A stretch of DNA of 64,000 bases from a bacterium (GTDB lineage: Bacteria > Fidelibacterota > Fidelibacteria > Fidelibacterales > Fidelibacteraceae). The position numbers and the translations under genes are program-made. This document shows positions 62,225 through 64,000 of the stretch, piece after piece. The DNA lies in assembly GCA_963676395.1 (NCBI GenBank), contig OY781066.1, positions 1,056,001 to 1,120,000 of the forward strand, read 5' to 3'. The notes under the pieces are model-generated. The model made no database searches. It was not told where the DNA came from and saw only the letters and a list, made by a program, of their open reading frames with translations. How positions within the stretch are numbered: position 1 is the stretch's first letter; every line of letters begins with the position of its first letter.

Positions 62225-63387
62225 TTGATTTCCTCAATGGATTTAACCGACACATTGGGAAAAATAATTTTTTGTGTCGCGGCTTCTATATCCTTTAAAC
62301 CCGACCCCGTTATTAAAAGCGCGATCTTCGCCATGGGATCAATGTCTTTTTGCGTCTTCTTATAACCGGCATAGCTCGCAGCTGCTGCGGGTTCGGCAAA
62401 GAGACCGGCTTTTTCGGACAATTCTTTTTGTGCTAAAAGTATTTCTTCATCGCTGACCATAACCGACTGTCCTTTAAACTCCCGTAAGTTCTTTAACGCA
62501 TAATATCCGCAACGCGGAATATCCACGGCAATAGAGTCCGCAACAGTTTGCGAAGCGCATTCGCTGAAATGTCCATCTTTCAAAGCATGATAAATAGCCG
62601 CCGACCCTTCAGCCTGGACTGCCATGATAGTCGGCATTTTCTCTATTAATCCAAACTGTAAGAGATCCTTGAATCCCTTATACACACCACTCATGATCAC
62701 GCCGTCGCCCACAGGAACAAACACAACATCCGGCGCATCGCCAAACTGACGAAATAATTCAATGGCAACGGATTTTTTACCTTCGATAGTGAGTGGATTG
62801 TAGGCGGTGTTACGACTCATCAATTTATGTTTTTTTGAGTACTCCAAAGACAGGTCAAAAGCCATATCATAATTGCCATCGACACTTACAACCTTAGCTC
62901 CATATTGCAGAGCTTGGATCATCTTAGCTTTGGGTGCGGTCTTGGGTAAAAAGATCGTCGCCTTAATGCCGCACGCAGCGGCAATACCCGCCATGGATGA
63001 ACCGGCATTCCCGGTAGAAGCTAATACGATCTCCTTAATGCCATGCTTTTTAGCAAAAGCAGCAACCAAGATAGAGGCCCTATCCTTAAATGATTTTGTT
63101 AGATTCCCGCTGTCATCCTTCAAATACAAATGTTCATGTATGCCGAGCTGATCGACTTTCCATAAGGGTGTGCGACCAACAGGCAGATCGGGAATATCGT
63201 CAATGTCAACCGGAAGCAATGCTTCGGGATCGAAAGGACCATCCACGGAATACTTGATTTCCAAAATTCCCCGCAAAGGTTCATTATCTTTTTGTGCTTT
63301 TGCACAATAAGGACAAACCATCATCTCCGGTGTGATCTCAAACTCGGCTCCGCATTCAGAGCAGATGTATTTGCTTGTAATTGGCAT
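62221..63387 (-). CDS. Threonine-synthase-like PLP enzyme
   Basis: N-terminal CxxC..CxxC, SFKDR, ASTGNAG, EGKK, VGDG, TGSGLKD; start ATG 63387 (the track's 63420 lies in a repeat element). Confidence 0.85.
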   Translation of the reverse strand: MPITSKYICSECGAEFEITPEMMVCPYCAKAQKDNEPLRGILEIKYSVDGPFDPEALLPVDIDDIPDLPVGRTPLWKVDQLGIHEHLYLKDDSGNLTKSFKDRASILVAAFAKKHGIKEIVLASTGNAGSSMAGIAAACGIKATIFLPKTAPKAKMIQALQYGAKVVSVDGNYDMAFDLSLEYSKKHKLMSRNTAYNPLTIEGKKSVAIELFRQFGDAPDVVFVPVGDGVIMSGVYKGFKDLLQFGLIEKMPTIMAVQAEGSAAIYHALKDGHFSECASQTVADSIAVDIPRCGYYALKNLREFKGQSVMVSDEEILLAQKELSEKAGLFAEPAAAASYAGYKKTQKDIDPMAKIALLITGSGLKDIEAATQKIIFPNVSVKSIEEIK

Positions 63388-63414
63388 TCCTAACTCATTT
63401 TCATTTATCTTTCT

Positions 63415-63609
63415 CGTCATCCTGAAAAATTCTCGAAGAGAATTTGTTCAGCCCGTAGGGTTCCGCCGAATTCACCGGAGGTGAAGGTAGTGGAAGATCT
63501 GAGAAAGGCTTAAATTAAATTTTCATTTCTCTTCCCCAGATCTCGCTTCGCGATCCGTCTTACGACGGACTGAATAGCCCTGAACAAGTTCAGGTCTTTC
63601 AGGATGACG
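63415..63609. repeat. 195-bp element with perfect 13-bp terminal inverted repeats and nested hairpins
   Basis: CGTCATCCTGAAA ... TTTCAGGATGACG. Confidence 0.75.
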
Positions 63610-63642
63610 GGGAAGGTTCAACTTTCAACCTACGACTTTCAA

Positions 63643-64000
63643 CTACATCGTGAGGCCCATTATCGCTTTCGCGGTGTGCAGTCTATTTTCCGCTTCGTCG
63701 TAAATAATGGCCGCAGGACTATCAATAACTCCCGGCGTAACTTCATTACCGCGATCGGCCGGAAGAGCGTGCATGTATTTCACATCTTTTTTAGCTAAAG
63801 CCATGCGACGTTCATCGCAGATCCAATCTTTATGTTTTTCAAGATTAGCCTTCATTTCTTTCATGCAGGCCTCTTCATTGGCATTGTATTCATCAAAAGT
63901 ATAATTGCCAAAGCCACCCCAATTTTTGGGAATCACAATATCGGCATCTTCAAAACCGGCATCCATATCATCAACGAAATTCAATTTGCCGCCGTTCTCT
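63643..64000 (-). CDS. YgeW-like (knotted) carbamoyltransferase, 3' part only
   Basis: PKNWG, WIC, YMHALPAD, EAENRLHT; gene continues beyond the window. Confidence 0.75.
   Translation of the reverse strand, partial: ENGGKLNFVDDMDAGFEDADIVIPKNWGGFGNYTFDEYNANEEACMKEMKANLEKHKDWICDERRMALAKKDVKYMHALPADRGNEVTPGVIDSPAAIIYDEAENRLHTAKAIMGLTM

Noticed and set aside
52611..64000. Selenocysteine read-through in the xdh cluster
   Set aside because: ORFs are full length, and stops coincide with overlapping downstream starts

Overview
This 64 kb window is chromosomal DNA from an AT-rich, probably anaerobic FCB-group bacterium. The lineage is inferred, not proven, from porX-tsaE linkage, T9SS/FlgD-like C-terminal domains and a long SecA; it is Marinimicrobia-like. 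Most of the window is housekeeping (plsY, surE, rimI, tsaB/E, cysS, ddl, gmhB, rarA, secA, nusB, degP), secreted or envelope proteins, a BlaI/BlaR1-TonB pair, and a large minus-strand xanthine-dehydrogenase/ygeW purine catabolism cluster that runs off the right end. The main hidden structure is an integron-type cassette array at about 47.8-52.4 kb with no integrase in the window. It has an attI-like site and two related 131-bp attC sites whose core sites pair with the cassette starts. Its cargo is a deacetylase-like gene, a two-gene PHP-phosphoesterase/ABC-ATPase plus small-protein module (candidate Ppl-related anti-phage system), and SnoaL/GFA genes with eroded attC remnants. Other signals are two perfect CRP-type boxes, a repeated ECF-type promoter, a BlaI operator, GTCAT...ATGAC palindromic elements, a probable ATT start codon and a D(S/T)-sequon-rich insertion. 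No rRNA, tRNA, CRISPR array, integrase or transposase was recognised.
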